This document shows, piece by piece, positions 1 to 9,448 of a DNA stretch of 57,193 bases. The position numbers and the translations under genes were made by a program. A model generated the notes under the pieces. It ran no database searches. It saw only the letters and a program-made list of their open reading frames with translations, and had not been told where the DNA came from. The stretch covers positions 1 through 57,193 of the forward strand of contig WJIW01000269.1 in the NCBI GenBank assembly GCA_014730065.1. Reading direction: 5' to 3'. How positions within the stretch are numbered: the stretch's first letter is position 1; each line of letters starts with the position of its first letter. Source of the stretch: Armatimonadia bacterium (GTDB taxonomy: Bacteria; Armatimonadota; Zipacnadia; UBA1398).

Positions 1-376
1 CCCCCAGAACCTGGACCAGCTCACAGCGGATCATCTCCCCCACCACGGCCTCCTCCACACTGCCCCCCTCATCGCCCGCCAGCGCGGCAACGCCCGGGTC
101 GACCACCGATGGCCGCCGCTCCCGCAGCATGTTGAAGCACACCGTTCGCGTTACCTTGCTTATCCAGCCGATGATGTTGGCGCGATCACGCAAGGTATCC
201 AGCCTAGTATAGGCTCGGAGCAGCGCCTCTTGGACCACGTCCTCCACCTCATCGCACGAGCCCAGGATCGAGCGCGCAACCGCCGTCGCATGCGGCCGGG
301 TCAGCTCGATGAAGGCCGTCGCGCCTGGTCTCGCGCCCTCACTCCTCTTCTGCCGAGGAAGGGTCGCCGCGCTCAT
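1..376 (-). CDS. ECF-type (sigma-70 family) RNA polymerase sigma factor, N-terminal part; 3' end runs off the left window edge
   Basis: Absent from the ORF track because it is truncated. Reverse-complement translation from the ATG at 376..374 gives MSAATLPRQKRSEGARPGATAFIELTRPHATAVARSILGSCDEVEDVVQEALLRAYTRLDTLRDRANIIGWISKVTRTVCFNMLRERRP..., which is a sigma-70 region 2 signature. GGAGG (complement of 384-388) lies 7 nt upstream. Confidence 0.75.
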   Translation of the reverse strand, partial: MSAATLPRQKRSEGARPGATAFIELTRPHATAVARSILGSCDEVEDVVQEALLRAYTRLDTLRDRANIIGWISKVTRTVCFNMLRERRPSVVDPGVAALAGDEGGSVEEAVVGEMIRCELVQVLG

Positions 377-417
377 GGTGCCACCTCCGTGTGGGGTGCA
401 AATGACTGTTTGTATGC

Positions 418-446
418 ATTCTGACGGCCCTACCGGGGAAAGTCAA
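418..446 (-). promoter_or_regulatory. Candidate sigma-70-type promoter for the leftward ECF sigma gene
   Basis: Minus strand reads TTGACT (complement of 441-446), 17 nt, CAGAAT (complement of 418-423). It sits about 40 nt upstream of the ATG at 376, in the most AT-rich patch of the divergent 377-538 spacer. Confidence 0.3.
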
Positions 447-538
447 GCACATGTTTGCATCCCGCCGCCGAGCCAGTCGACACAGGGGATCAGGGCGACC
501 CCAGGGAAGGGGCCTCTTCACGATTCAGGAGGTCCCCA

Positions 539-3500
539 ATGACGCATCATCAGGTTCTGCTCGCCCTCGCTCTCCTCGCCGCTCCCGTCCTCGGTCAGAT
601 GCTCTGGCCCGGACAGGCCGCCCGAGTGCTGGGCCAGATGCCCGACGAAGTCGTCGTCGGCGTCGTCACGGAGGCGATGCCCGGCCGCCCAGCCAGCGGC
701 GAGGCCGTTCGGGAGATTCTCGACCAGAGCGGGTGGAGCGTGACCTCCCTGGGCTGGGATGAGCTGGACGACCTATCCCCCAGCCAGATGCCGCTGGTGG
801 TACTGGCCGATCCCGCCCATCTCCCAGGCCGGATCGCCGGTCCTCTGGATGCCTACCTGAGCGGGGGCGGCCGACTGCTGGTCGTGGGCAATGAGCGCAT
901 GTTCGCGACTCGCTACCTACGTATGGAGGGCGAGTGGACGACTCTCGAGTCGGCTCTGGAGGCCGTCCGGCCTACGCACATCGTCACCACCCTGGAGGAC
1001 ACCCTGGATGAGTGGAGTTACGGCTGGGGCCCCAGTGAGCCGGGGGAGGTCCAGCGCCGGTCGATCACGGCGCCCGACGGCTCCCAGGGCGTGGAGGTCT
1101 CGGTCCGGGACATGAAGGGCTGGGACACCTACAGGCTGACCGATGTGGGCCAGCCCTTCCAGGGCGACCGGGCCCTGACCACCTTCTGGGCGCGGGGGTG
1201 GGGAGAGACCGACCAGATGCTCGTGGAGTGGCAGGAGCAGGACGGCTCGCGCTGGATCGCCTCGGTCCACCTGACCGATGAGTGGCGGCACTACGCCCTT
1301 CCCGTCGAGGCCTTCGCCTACTGGAACGACTCGCCGGCCATCGGGCGCGGCGGGCCCGATGACCACTTGAGGCTCGATCAGGTCGACGCGCTTTCTCTGG
1401 GGATCGCCACCGGGCACACCCCCGTGGGTCTGGAGCCAGGCGACCATCGCTGGGCCATCGCCGGGTTCGGCACAGCACCATCGCCCGTGGAGGAGGCCGA
1501 TCTGGGCGAGCTGGAGCTCGAATGCCTCACCCCATGGTACAAAACCCACACCCCCGAGGACGTCCAAGGCCTGCGGCCCACCGTACACGGCACCCTCGCC
1601 CAGCTTCCCGCCGATCTCGAGCTACCCGGAGGCGACATCCTCTGTCCCATCACTCGGCCCCGGGGCTTGGGGTTCATGGCCGAGCCGGCGCCGGGTCGGT
1701 TCGTGCCTCTGGTCGAGGTGACCGGCGAGGCGGGGGCCTGGCGCGGTAACGCCGCCTTCGTCTGGCATCAGCATCAGGGCGACCGGGCGGGAGCGCGTTG
1801 GGGCGGTGTGGGCATGGAGCCCTCGACCGATGCCGGCCCCATCATCAACGCCGCCGCCCGGGTCCTGCTCGAGCCCGCGGCGTTCACCCGCGCGGGTGCC
1901 ACGCGCTGGACCGCCTTCGCCGATGAGCCGCCACTGGAGGTCGCGGCCGAGATCCAGAGCGCCGGTGACTCGGCGGGGGAGGCCATCGTGCGGCTGCGGG
2001 TCATGGACGAGCTGGGTGACCGGGTCGCGTCCCTATCCATCTCCGGGGGCTCCGTCGCTTCCGGTGAGACCATCGCCTTGGAGCCCGAGAGCCTCCCGGA
2101 GCTGGAGCCGGGCTTCTATACCATTGAGGCCTCGCTCATCGTGGACGACCGTGCCGTGGATCGCATCGACCATCCCGTCAGCATCCATCCCGCCGAGCCA
2201 GCCGAGGGTCCGCGCATCCAGCTCTCCGCGGATGAGACCCATTTCCAGCTCGACGGCGAGCCCTTCCGAGTCCATGGCATCAACTATTGGCCCCTGTACG
2301 TGGCCGGCGCCGACTCCGAGCAGTACTGGGGCCACTGGCTCTCGTCGGACCAGTACGATCCCGTGGCCGTGGAGCGGGACCTGGAGCTGCTCGAGCGGCT
2401 GGGCGCGAACGTGGTGAGCATCCAGTACCTGGACGGCGACATGACCGGCCCCCTCGTGGACTTCCTGGCTCGCTGCAGGCGCCACGGCATCTACGCGAAC
2501 CTGTTCATCAATGATGCCCACCCCTTCTGGTTCACCCCCGAGCACGTGCGGGGGCTGCTCACCATGCCCCGACTGATGGGAAACCCCGCGGTGTTCGCCT
2601 ACGATCTGGCCTGGGAGCCCCACGTGGGCCGGGAGGAGCGGCGGGGCCAGTTCGATCCCCTCTGGCGGCAGTGGGTCGAAGACAACTACGGCTCCGCCGA
2701 GCGGCTGGAGGAGGCCATGGGGGCTGCCCTGCCCCGCGATGACGGCGGTGAGATCACCGGACCGACCGACGCCCAGATCTCCGATACCGAGCCCAGTGAA
2801 GCCGATCGCATCCTGGTCGCCGCCTACCGTCACTTCGTGGACGATATGGTCTCCTACGGCTACGGAAGGGTGACCGGCTTCATCCGCCACGAGCTGGGCG
2901 ACCCGGCCATCCTCGGAGCGCGCACGGGCTACGGCGGAACGGGACAGCCCGCCATCGTGCCCTCCATGCCCTTCGATCTTCTCTCGGGCGCCGCACATCT
3001 CGACTGCACCCAGCCCGAGGGGTACGGGTTGGCCGGCGACTGGATCAACTTCCGCTATGGGGGCCTAACCACCCAGTACGGCCGCTGGGCGGGGAACGCC
3101 AAGCCCGTCTGGTGGGCCGAGTACGGGCGCTCGGTCTATAGCGGCGACCCCGAGCCCACCGACGAGCTGCTCGAGATCCAGCGCGAGCTGTACGAGAACA
3201 CCTTCAGGATGATCCTGGAATCCCGTGCCGATGGATCCACGGGATGGTGGTGGCCGGGCGGATACCGGGTCGATGAGCGCTCGGACTATGGCATCATCTC
3301 GCCCCAAGCCACCCCTCGACCGGCGGCACTGGAGCTGCGCCGCTTCGCCACCGACATGGCCGATGTCGAGCCCTTGCCCGAGCCGACGATGTGGATCGAG
3401 TTCGACCGTGACCTCCATAGCACCGGCTACGCCGGGGTGTGGCTCGAGCATCGCGACGAGTACGCCGAGGCCATGGAGCGGGGCGAGTGGGTCGGTCTCC

Positions 3501-3928
3501 GCACCGAGGCCACGGGCACGACGACCGAGACCTTCCCCAGGATCTCCATCGGCAACGTTCCCTGGGAGCCGGGGCTGCCCTTCAAGCACCTGAAGGGCGA
3601 GATCCACCGGCCCGCCCTGCTCCGGGCGGGCGAGGCGCCGCTCATCCTCGATCCGACTGTCGACGCGATCCCCTCGGGGCCGGGCGAGCTTCGCATGGAA
3701 GTGGTGAATACCTCGGAGGTGACGTGGCTTGCGGGCGACGTGGCCGTCGTCCTCCGTGCCGGCGGCGAACCGAGTCGTATGGCCATCGATGAGGAGCTTG
3801 CGCGGTATGACCGCGCCTCGGTCTCCGTGCCTGTCGATCTGCCGGCCGGGCTCGACGGGATCGAGGTCCGCCTCGAGCTTGACGAACAGCCCTTCGGCGT
3901 GCCGCTGCGGGTCGTGGTCGAGCCCTAA
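539..3928 (+). CDS. Large secreted multidomain glycoside-hydrolase-like protein (clan GH-A-type TIM-barrel core; exact family unknown)
   Basis: Part of ORF 455..3928. I prefer the ATG at 539 because AGGAGG (525-530) precedes it and it gives the signal-peptide-like start MTHHQVLLALALLAAPVLG. The middle region FRVHGINYWP...DPVAVERDLELLERLGANVVSIQY resembles GH5/GH2/GH42-type TIM barrels. N-terminal VVLADP...GGGRLLVVGN resembles a class-I amidotransferase-like / GH42 trimerisation-type fold. Confidence 0.55.
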   Translation: MTHHQVLLALALLAAPVLGQMLWPGQAARVLGQMPDEVVVGVVTEAMPGRPASGEAVREILDQSGWSVTSLGWDELDDLSPSQMPLVVLADPAHLPGRIAGPLDAYLSGGGRLLVVGNERMFATRYLRMEGEWTTLESALEAVRPTHIVTTLEDTLDEWSYGWGPSEPGEVQRRSITAPDGSQGVEVSVRDMKGWDTYRLTDVGQPFQGDRALTTFWARGWGETDQMLVEWQEQDGSRWIASVHLTDEWRHYALPVEAFAYWNDSPAIGRGGPDDHLRLDQVDALSLGIATGHTPVGLEPGDHRWAIAGFGTAPSPVEEADLGELELECLTPWYKTHTPEDVQGLRPTVHGTLAQLPADLELPGGDILCPITRPRGLGFMAEPAPGRFVPLVEVTGEAGAWRGNAAFVWHQHQGDRAGARWGGVGMEPSTDAGPIINAAARVLLEPAAFTRAGATRWTAFADEPPLEVAAEIQSAGDSAGEAIVRLRVMDELGDRVASLSISGGSVASGETIALEPESLPELEPGFYTIEASLIVDDRAVDRIDHPVSIHPAEPAEGPRIQLSADETHFQLDGEPFRVHGINYWPLYVAGADSEQYWGHWLSSDQYDPVAVERDLELLERLGANVVSIQYLDGDMTGPLVDFLARCRRHGIYANLFINDAHPFWFTPEHVRGLLTMPRLMGNPAVFAYDLAWEPHVGREERRGQFDPLWRQWVEDNYGSAERLEEAMGAALPRDDGGEITGPTDAQISDTEPSEADRILVAAYRHFVDDMVSYGYGRVTGFIRHELGDPAILGARTGYGGTGQPAIVPSMPFDLLSGAAHLDCTQPEGYGLAGDWINFRYGGLTTQYGRWAGNAKPVWWAEYGRSVYSGDPEPTDELLEIQRELYENTFRMILESRADGSTGWWWPGGYRVDERSDYGIISPQATPRPAALELRRFATDMADVEPLPEPTMWIEFDRDLHSTGYAGVWLEHRDEYAEAMERGEWVGLRTEATGTTTETFPRISIGNVPWEPGLPFKHLKGEIHRPALLRAGEAPLILDPTVDAIPSGPGELRMEVVNTSEVTWLAGDVAVVLRAGGEPSRMAIDEELARYDRASVSVPVDLPAGLDGIEVRLELDEQPFGVPLRVVVEP

Positions 3929-4024
3929 GCCTCGCGGAGCGGACCCGGGCCGACGCAGCCTGGCCCGAGTATGGTGGTGCTGTGTGACGTCATAGCGGAC
4001 CATGCCGTGGAGGTGATCGTGGGT

Positions 4025-4639
4025 ATGCGGAGATGGCACCCGGTTGCGGCCGTTGCGGTAGTGATCGTGCTCGTGGCGCTCACGTCCTACACGGTCTGGA
4101 TGACGACGAGTCGACGGGGAGGCCGTGCTGCGAGTGTCGGGGGCGCGGGATCCGCTGACCTCCGCGTGCAGTCCAGTCCCTTCGTTACCGACGACGGGCA
4201 GCCCATCGTCACCTACTCGGTGGTTTCGCCCCCGGGTACGGTGGGCGGCTTCGCGTACGTGCTCTTCCTCCGGTGGAACGGGCACACGGTCAGCTCGGGC
4301 GCGAGCCAGACGACGGAGAAGGGCGAGGGGGTCCGGGTCCAGCGGGGCATCGCCATCGCCGCCCGGCATATCGAGGTCGACTTCCAGGTGGACGCCACCG
4401 CGGGCCTGCGTGATTCATTGACCGTCGACGGCACCCGGTTCGATCTTGCCAAAGGCCGTGTCCTGACGATCGACCCCTACGCCGATGAGGTCGTCGTCAG
4501 GCAACACGACCTCAAGCTGCCCCCCGTGCCCCCGGGCGATCCGCAGCAGGTGGCCGATCGTCTACTGACCTACCTGGAGGCTCAGGCGCCGGAGGCGTAC
4601 GCGGAGATCGCTGATCCGCCCCTGTCTGGTATGGAGTAG
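4025..4639 (+). CDS. Hypothetical membrane-anchored protein
   Basis: Part of ORF 3971..4639. The internal ATG at 4025 gives MRRWHPVAAVAVVIVLVALTSYTVWM, a single N-terminal TM helix. GC3 is high in this frame. No recognisable motif. Confidence 0.45.
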   Translation: MRRWHPVAAVAVVIVLVALTSYTVWMTTSRRGGRAASVGGAGSADLRVQSSPFVTDDGQPIVTYSVVSPPGTVGGFAYVLFLRWNGHTVSSGASQTTEKGEGVRVQRGIAIAARHIEVDFQVDATAGLRDSLTVDGTRFDLAKGRVLTIDPYADEVVVRQHDLKLPPVPPGDPQQVADRLLTYLEAQAPEAYAEIADPPLSGME

Positions 4640-4743
4640 CCTCTCACCGCGGCCTTGAGGCCGTCGGCGGTTTCGGCGCCGTCCGCTTGCCCGCCGCTCC
4701 TCCAACCGTGCATCATTGGGCCGTTCCTTGGAGGAGGGATACG

Positions 4744-7221
4744 ATGCGTTGCTTGGTTGCGCTCGTGGCAATGATGGCGGTGCTGGCTGCCGGCCATGGC
4801 TTCGCCCAGGAGCTGCCGGGTGAGCGGGCCGACGGGCGGGTTCTGCTGCCCAACGGCTGGCTGCTCGATCCCCACGGCGATCAGATCACCCTAGAATCCG
4901 ATCTGCCCGTCCGGATGGAGTGGCACCCGAATGGGCGGTACCTAGCGATCCAGCACGCCGGGTACCGCGACCACCGGGTTGTGATCTTCGACACCCGGCA
5001 CGACGAGATCGTCGAGGTGCTCGCTCTGCCCAAGACGTGGAGCGGACTGGCCTGGAGCCGGGACGGCGACCGGCTGTACGTCAGCGGGGGCGTGGACGAC
5101 GTGGTCCACGTGTTCGGCTTCGATGATCGGGCCGCCACGGGCGGGGCCGAGCCCGCCATCGAGATCGGCGACCCGGAGGAGCTGGACGTGCCGGCGGGCA
5201 TGGACGTAGCCCCCGATGGCTCCCTTTGGCTCGTGACCCACCGCGGCGAAGAGCTGCTGCAGATCGACCTCCGGACCGGCGACGTGGAGCGCAAGCTGGA
5301 CCTCCCCGCCGGCTCCATGCCCTTCGAGTGCCGGGTGGCGCCCGACGGCGAGACCGCCTACGTCTCGCTTTGGGGGAAGGCCGCGGTCTGGGCCGTCGAC
5401 ACCGATACGGGCCTTGTGCGCTACGCGGTGGACACGGACCAGCACCCCTCGGAGATGGCCCTGACCGAGGATGGTGCTCGGCTGTTCGTGAGCAATGCCA
5501 ACGAGAACACCGTTACCGTGATCGACGCCGCCATGGGCGAGGTGGAGGAGACCATCCTGTCCGCCCTCTATCCCGTCGCACCCCCGGGCTCGACGCCCGA
5601 TTCGATCTGCCTGGGCTTCGACGACCGGGTTCTGCTCATCGCCAATGCCGACAACAACAACTGCGCGGTGATCGACGTGTCCGAGCGCGGCCAGTCCCGC
5701 AGCCTGGGATTCGTGCCTGTGGGGCTGTATCCCACGTCGGTGCGGGTGTCGGACAGTGGCCGGGTCTACGTGGCCAACGGCAAGGGCTCGGCGGGCTCGG
5801 CGCCCAATGCCGAGACGGCCCCAGGGTTCGTCGCCACGGAGGACGAGTTCGGGATCGCCGAGTACATCGGCGGTCTGTACTCGGGCTCGATGTCGATCTT
5901 CGAGTTCCCCGAGCCCGTGGAGCTGGCCCAGCTCTCGGCCAGGGCGTATGAGTGCTCGCCCTTGGAGCCCGCCGCCGAGGTGCGGGAGTCAGCCCGGCGG
6001 CCCGAGGTCTCGCCGATCCCGACGAAGGTGGGCGCCCCCAGCCCAATCAAGTACTGCGTGTACATCGTGAAGGAGAACCGCACCTATGACCAGGTCCTGG
6101 GCGATGACCCCAGGGGCAACGGCGACCCCCGGCTGTGCCTCTTCGGCGAGGAGGTCACGCCCAACCATCATGCCCTCGCCGAGGAGTTCGTCCTGCTGGA
6201 CAACTTCTACGTCGAATCTGAGGTGTCGGCCGACGGCCACGAATGGACCATGGCGGCCTATGCCAGCGACTTCGTGGAGCGCACCTGGCCCGTCGCTTAC
6301 GGCGGCAAGAGCACCGTCGAGTCCCCGCAGGGGCGGAGAATGGGCCTCGGCTACCCGTCCGAGGGCAACTACGACATCGCGACACCCAAAGGGGGGTACC
6401 TGTGGGACCGCTGCAAGGAGGCGGGCGTCAGTTACCGCAGCTATGGTGAGTTCATCAACAACGGGCCCACACCAGCGGATCCCTGCACGACCGATGTGGA
6501 GGCATTGAAGGGCCACTTCGACCCCTGGTTCCGCAGCTATGACCTGAACTACATGGACATCGACCGAGCCGGCCGGTTCCTCGAGGAGCTTCAGCGCTTC
6601 GAGGAGGAGGGTGAGATGCCCCAGTTCATCGTGATCCGTCTCCCCAACGATCACGCCGCGGGCACCCGGCCCGGCATGCCCACGCCTCGGGCCATGGTGG
6701 CCGACAATGATCTGGCTCTCGGCATGGTGGTTGAGGGTCTGTCCAAGAGCTCCTTCTGGCCCGAGATGGCGGTCTTCGTGGTCGAGGACGACGCCCAGAA
6801 CGGGCCCGACCATGTGGACGCCCACCGCTCCATCGCCTTCGTGGCGAGCCCCTACGTCCGGCGGGGCGCCGTGGTCAGCGAGATGCTCTCGACCAGCGGC
6901 ATGCTCCGGACGATGGAGCTGATCCTCGGCCTGTCGCCCATGAGCCAGTTCGACGCCGCGGCCCGGCCCATGTACTCGTGCTTCACCGCCGAGCCCGACC
7001 TGACGCCGTACGACTGTAAGCCGGCCACATGGCCTCTGGACGAGATGAACACCGCCGATGCATGGGGGGCCGAGGAGTCACTGGCCATGGACCTCTCCCA
7101 AGAGGACTCGGCCGACGACATTCTGCTCAACCGGATCATCTGGAAGTCGGTCAAGGGTGCCGACTCCCCGATGCCCATGCCCCGCCGGGCCGCCTTCGTC
7201 CGTATCGTGGACGAGGACTAG
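4744..7221 (+). CDS. Secreted fusion protein: YncE/YVTN-type beta-propeller plus phosphoesterase (phospholipase C / AcpA, PF04185-like) domain
   Basis: ATG at 4744 follows GGAGGG (4733-4738) and gives signal peptide MRCLVALVAMMAVLAAGHGFAQE. Repeated propeller strands: LYVSGG..VHVF, AYVSLWG..VWAVD, LFVSNANENTVTVID, LLIANADNNNCAVID, VYVANGKG. The C-terminal half has IKYCVYIVKENRTYDQVLGD, the ENRxFD-type phosphoesterase motif. Confidence 0.75.
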   Translation: MRCLVALVAMMAVLAAGHGFAQELPGERADGRVLLPNGWLLDPHGDQITLESDLPVRMEWHPNGRYLAIQHAGYRDHRVVIFDTRHDEIVEVLALPKTWSGLAWSRDGDRLYVSGGVDDVVHVFGFDDRAATGGAEPAIEIGDPEELDVPAGMDVAPDGSLWLVTHRGEELLQIDLRTGDVERKLDLPAGSMPFECRVAPDGETAYVSLWGKAAVWAVDTDTGLVRYAVDTDQHPSEMALTEDGARLFVSNANENTVTVIDAAMGEVEETILSALYPVAPPGSTPDSICLGFDDRVLLIANADNNNCAVIDVSERGQSRSLGFVPVGLYPTSVRVSDSGRVYVANGKGSAGSAPNAETAPGFVATEDEFGIAEYIGGLYSGSMSIFEFPEPVELAQLSARAYECSPLEPAAEVRESARRPEVSPIPTKVGAPSPIKYCVYIVKENRTYDQVLGDDPRGNGDPRLCLFGEEVTPNHHALAEEFVLLDNFYVESEVSADGHEWTMAAYASDFVERTWPVAYGGKSTVESPQGRRMGLGYPSEGNYDIATPKGGYLWDRCKEAGVSYRSYGEFINNGPTPADPCTTDVEALKGHFDPWFRSYDLNYMDIDRAGRFLEELQRFEEEGEMPQFIVIRLPNDHAAGTRPGMPTPRAMVADNDLALGMVVEGLSKSSFWPEMAVFVVEDDAQNGPDHVDAHRSIAFVASPYVRRGAVVSEMLSTSGMLRTMELILGLSPMSQFDAAARPMYSCFTAEPDLTPYDCKPATWPLDEMNTADAWGAEESLAMDLSQEDSADDILLNRIIWKSVKGADSPMPMPRRAAFVRIVDED

Positions 7222-7318
7222 CGAAGGCGTGGTCCCACCCCGGAGGAGATCCGCGCGCCTGAGCCACGCCCTGGCCGCGGGTCTCCTCTCGCGACCTCTG
7301 GCGCCATGAACCGTCCGG

Positions 7319-7348
7319 TTGCCTGAGCCGCCTGCGGCGAGGTAACAT
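7319..7348 (+). promoter_or_regulatory. Candidate promoter for the tRNA gene
   Basis: TTGCCT (7319-7324), 18 nt, TAACAT (7343-7348), about 45 nt upstream of the mature tRNA 5' end. Weak match only. Confidence 0.25.
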
Positions 7349-7394
7349 ACCGCTCTGTGGGAGGCACTCCCCCGAGAGACCTCCCGAGCTGTGT

Positions 7395-7470
7395 GGGCCC
7401 ATAGCTCAGCGGTCAGAGCAGTCGGCTCATAACCGATCGGTCCCTGGTTCGAATCCAGGTGGGCCCACCA
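7395..7470 (+). tRNA. tRNA with CAU anticodon: elongator tRNA-Met, or tRNA-Ile2 if C34 is lysidinylated
   Basis: Hand-folded cloverleaf: acceptor GGGCCCA/TGGGCCC, D arm GCTC-AGCGGTCA-GAGC, anticodon arm GTCGG-CTCATAA-CCGAT, variable CGGTC, T arm CCTGG-TTCGAAT-CCAGG, discriminator A, encoded CCA. The G1:C72 pair and lack of three G:C pairs in the anticodon stem argue against initiator identity. Confidence 0.9.
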
Positions 7471-7518
7471 CCAACGGCGAGCGATGAGGGCGGAAGTCCG
7501 CCCGAGCGAGTGGGTGCC

Positions 7519-9435
7519 GTGAATCTACTCAATCCACTAGGGCTGCTTGCTCTCCTCACCATCCCGCCCGTCATCCTGCTGTACCTGCTGAAACTCCAGC
7601 GCATCCCCATTAAAGTGCCCTCGACCATGCTCTGGCCCAAGTTCATCCAGGACATGCAGGCCAATCAGCCCTTCCAGAAGCTGCGCTTCAGCATCCTACT
7701 GCTGCTACAGATTCTCATCCTGATCTTGGTCGCCACGGCCTTCGCCAGGCCCTACTACCAGACCCGCAAGCCGTCGGGCCGGAGCATCGTGCTGATCCTC
7801 GATGCCAGCCTGTCCATGCAGGCCACCGATGTGGAGCCCTCGCGTTTCGAGGCCGCCCGGGCGGAAGCCCTGCGGATCGCCAGTGAGCTGGAATCCACCG
7901 ACGAGATGATGGTGGTCGAGGTCTCGAACCAGACGCGGGTGCTAACGGGCTTCACCAAGGAGGCGGGTGCCCTCAAGGAGGCCATCCGCTCCGCGACGCC
8001 CGCCGATTGCCGAGGGAACCTGCGGGAGGCCCTGGCCCTCTCCATCAGCCTGTCCAAGGAGAAGACCAATACCTCGGTCTACGTTCTCAGCGACGGGGCC
8101 ACCGGGGGGCCGGTGGAGATGTCCGTGCCCGAGGGCGTGGAAGTCCAGTACGTGCCTTTCGGCGAGCGGTCCCGGAACGTGGCCATCACGAGCATGAACG
8201 TGAGGGAGACCTACGGCGAGGACGCCCGCTACCAGCTCTTCATCGCCGCCCGCAACTACGGCCCCGAGGAGGTCCGGTGCCAGGTCGAGATCTCCCTGGA
8301 GGACAGCCTTATCGATGTAGACACCCTCACGCTGCCACCGGGCCAGCAGGTGCAGCACATCGTCGACGATCCCCAGCTCTCGTCGGGCGCGGTCGAGGCG
8401 GTTCTGGACGTGGAGGATGATCTCCCCGCCGACGACTCGGCGCGGATCTTGTTCCAGGAGCGGCTCTCCCGGACGGTTCTGTTGGTGAGTGAGGGTAATC
8501 CGTGGATCGAGGCGGCCCTGGCGGCCGATCCCAAGGTGGACGCCTACGCCCTAACGACGAGCCAGTACGATCCCGCCGATCCCGACCACCTGAGCTACGA
8601 TGTGACCATCTTCGACCGCTGGGCGCCCCCCGCGCTGCCCGAGGTCGACTGCATGCTCATCGCCGCCGCGCCAAGGGGCGCGCCGGTCCAGGACCGGGCC
8701 GAGGCATTCGACGACCCTAGCATCCTGGATTGGGACCGCCGCCATCCAGTCATGCGGCATGTGGACCTGAGCAATGTAGGACTGGCTTCCATGATGCAGG
8801 TGGAAATCCAGCCATGGGCCCAGAGCCTGGTAACCACGGCGGCGGGCCCTCTGATGGCCGCTGGCGAGACGGAGCAGATGCGCTGCCTGTTCGTGGGCTT
8901 CGATGTGGAGGAGTCGAACTTCCCCCTCCGCGTGAGCTTCCCCATCTTCATCCGCAATGCCATCCAGTGGCTGACCACCGATCCCGCGGGCAGCGAAGCC
9001 CAGGCCTATCCCACCGGAACGACGGTCACCCTACGATTCCCCGCCGGGACGGAGGAGGTCGCCGTCGATCGGCCCGATGGCACCACGGAGACCGTTCCCC
9101 TGCGGCCCGAGGACGAGATGGTCGGGGATGCCGAGGCCGCCGTTGGGCCCGCCACCCTAAGCAGCGGCCCCACTTTAACCTACGACCGCACGGCCCAGGC
9201 CGGCATCTACACCTTCGCCACCCAGGGCCATGAGCCCGAGCGCATCGCCTTCAACGTGAGCGACCCCCAGGAATCCGATGTCACCCCCCAGGAGCAGCTC
9301 AGGCTGGCCGAGGGCCAGTCGGTGGCCTCATCGGGCTACGTGAAGAGCACCCAGGAGCTGTGGCGATGGCTGGCCCTCGCCGGCCTGGCAATCCTCTGCG
9401 TGGAGTGGATCGTGTACCACCGCCGGATCGGTTAG
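7519..9435 (+). CDS. BatA-type membrane protein: N-terminal double-transmembrane domain plus von Willebrand factor A domain, C-terminal TM anchor
   Basis: Part of ORF 7459..9435, but that start overlaps the tRNA. The GTG at 7519 gives (M)NLLNPLGLLALLTIPPVILLYLLKLQR, the typical BatA / double-TM N-terminus. SIVLILDASLSMQATDVEPSRFEAA is a VWA MIDAS-type motif. C-terminus is LWRWLALAGLAILCVEWIVYHRR. Confidence 0.75.
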   Translation: MNLLNPLGLLALLTIPPVILLYLLKLQRIPIKVPSTMLWPKFIQDMQANQPFQKLRFSILLLLQILILILVATAFARPYYQTRKPSGRSIVLILDASLSMQATDVEPSRFEAARAEALRIASELESTDEMMVVEVSNQTRVLTGFTKEAGALKEAIRSATPADCRGNLREALALSISLSKEKTNTSVYVLSDGATGGPVEMSVPEGVEVQYVPFGERSRNVAITSMNVRETYGEDARYQLFIAARNYGPEEVRCQVEISLEDSLIDVDTLTLPPGQQVQHIVDDPQLSSGAVEAVLDVEDDLPADDSARILFQERLSRTVLLVSEGNPWIEAALAADPKVDAYALTTSQYDPADPDHLSYDVTIFDRWAPPALPEVDCMLIAAAPRGAPVQDRAEAFDDPSILDWDRRHPVMRHVDLSNVGLASMMQVEIQPWAQSLVTTAAGPLMAAGETEQMRCLFVGFDVEESNFPLRVSFPIFIRNAIQWLTTDPAGSEAQAYPTGTTVTLRFPAGTEEVAVDRPDGTTETVPLRPEDEMVGDAEAAVGPATLSSGPTLTYDRTAQAGIYTFATQGHEPERIAFNVSDPQESDVTPQEQLRLAEGQSVASSGYVKSTQELWRWLALAGLAILCVEWIVYHRRIG

Positions 9436-9448
9436 CGGCGAGGCGGGC

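Noticed and set aside
7395-7470. tRNA-Met as an island integration site
   Set aside because: No integrase is adjacent. I saw no second copy of the tRNA 3' half (GGTTCGAATCCAGGTGGGCCCA) elsewhere in the window. The flanking genes have ordinary composition.
7459-7518. ORF-track start of the BatA-like gene overlapping the tRNA 3' end
   Set aside because: It would translate through the tRNA. The GTG at 7519 yields the family-typical N-terminus (M)NLLNPLGLL. Comparable over-extended starts were trimmed at 455, 3971, 4687, 15119, 17770, 20335, 23357, 24935, 46326, 49151 and 53522.
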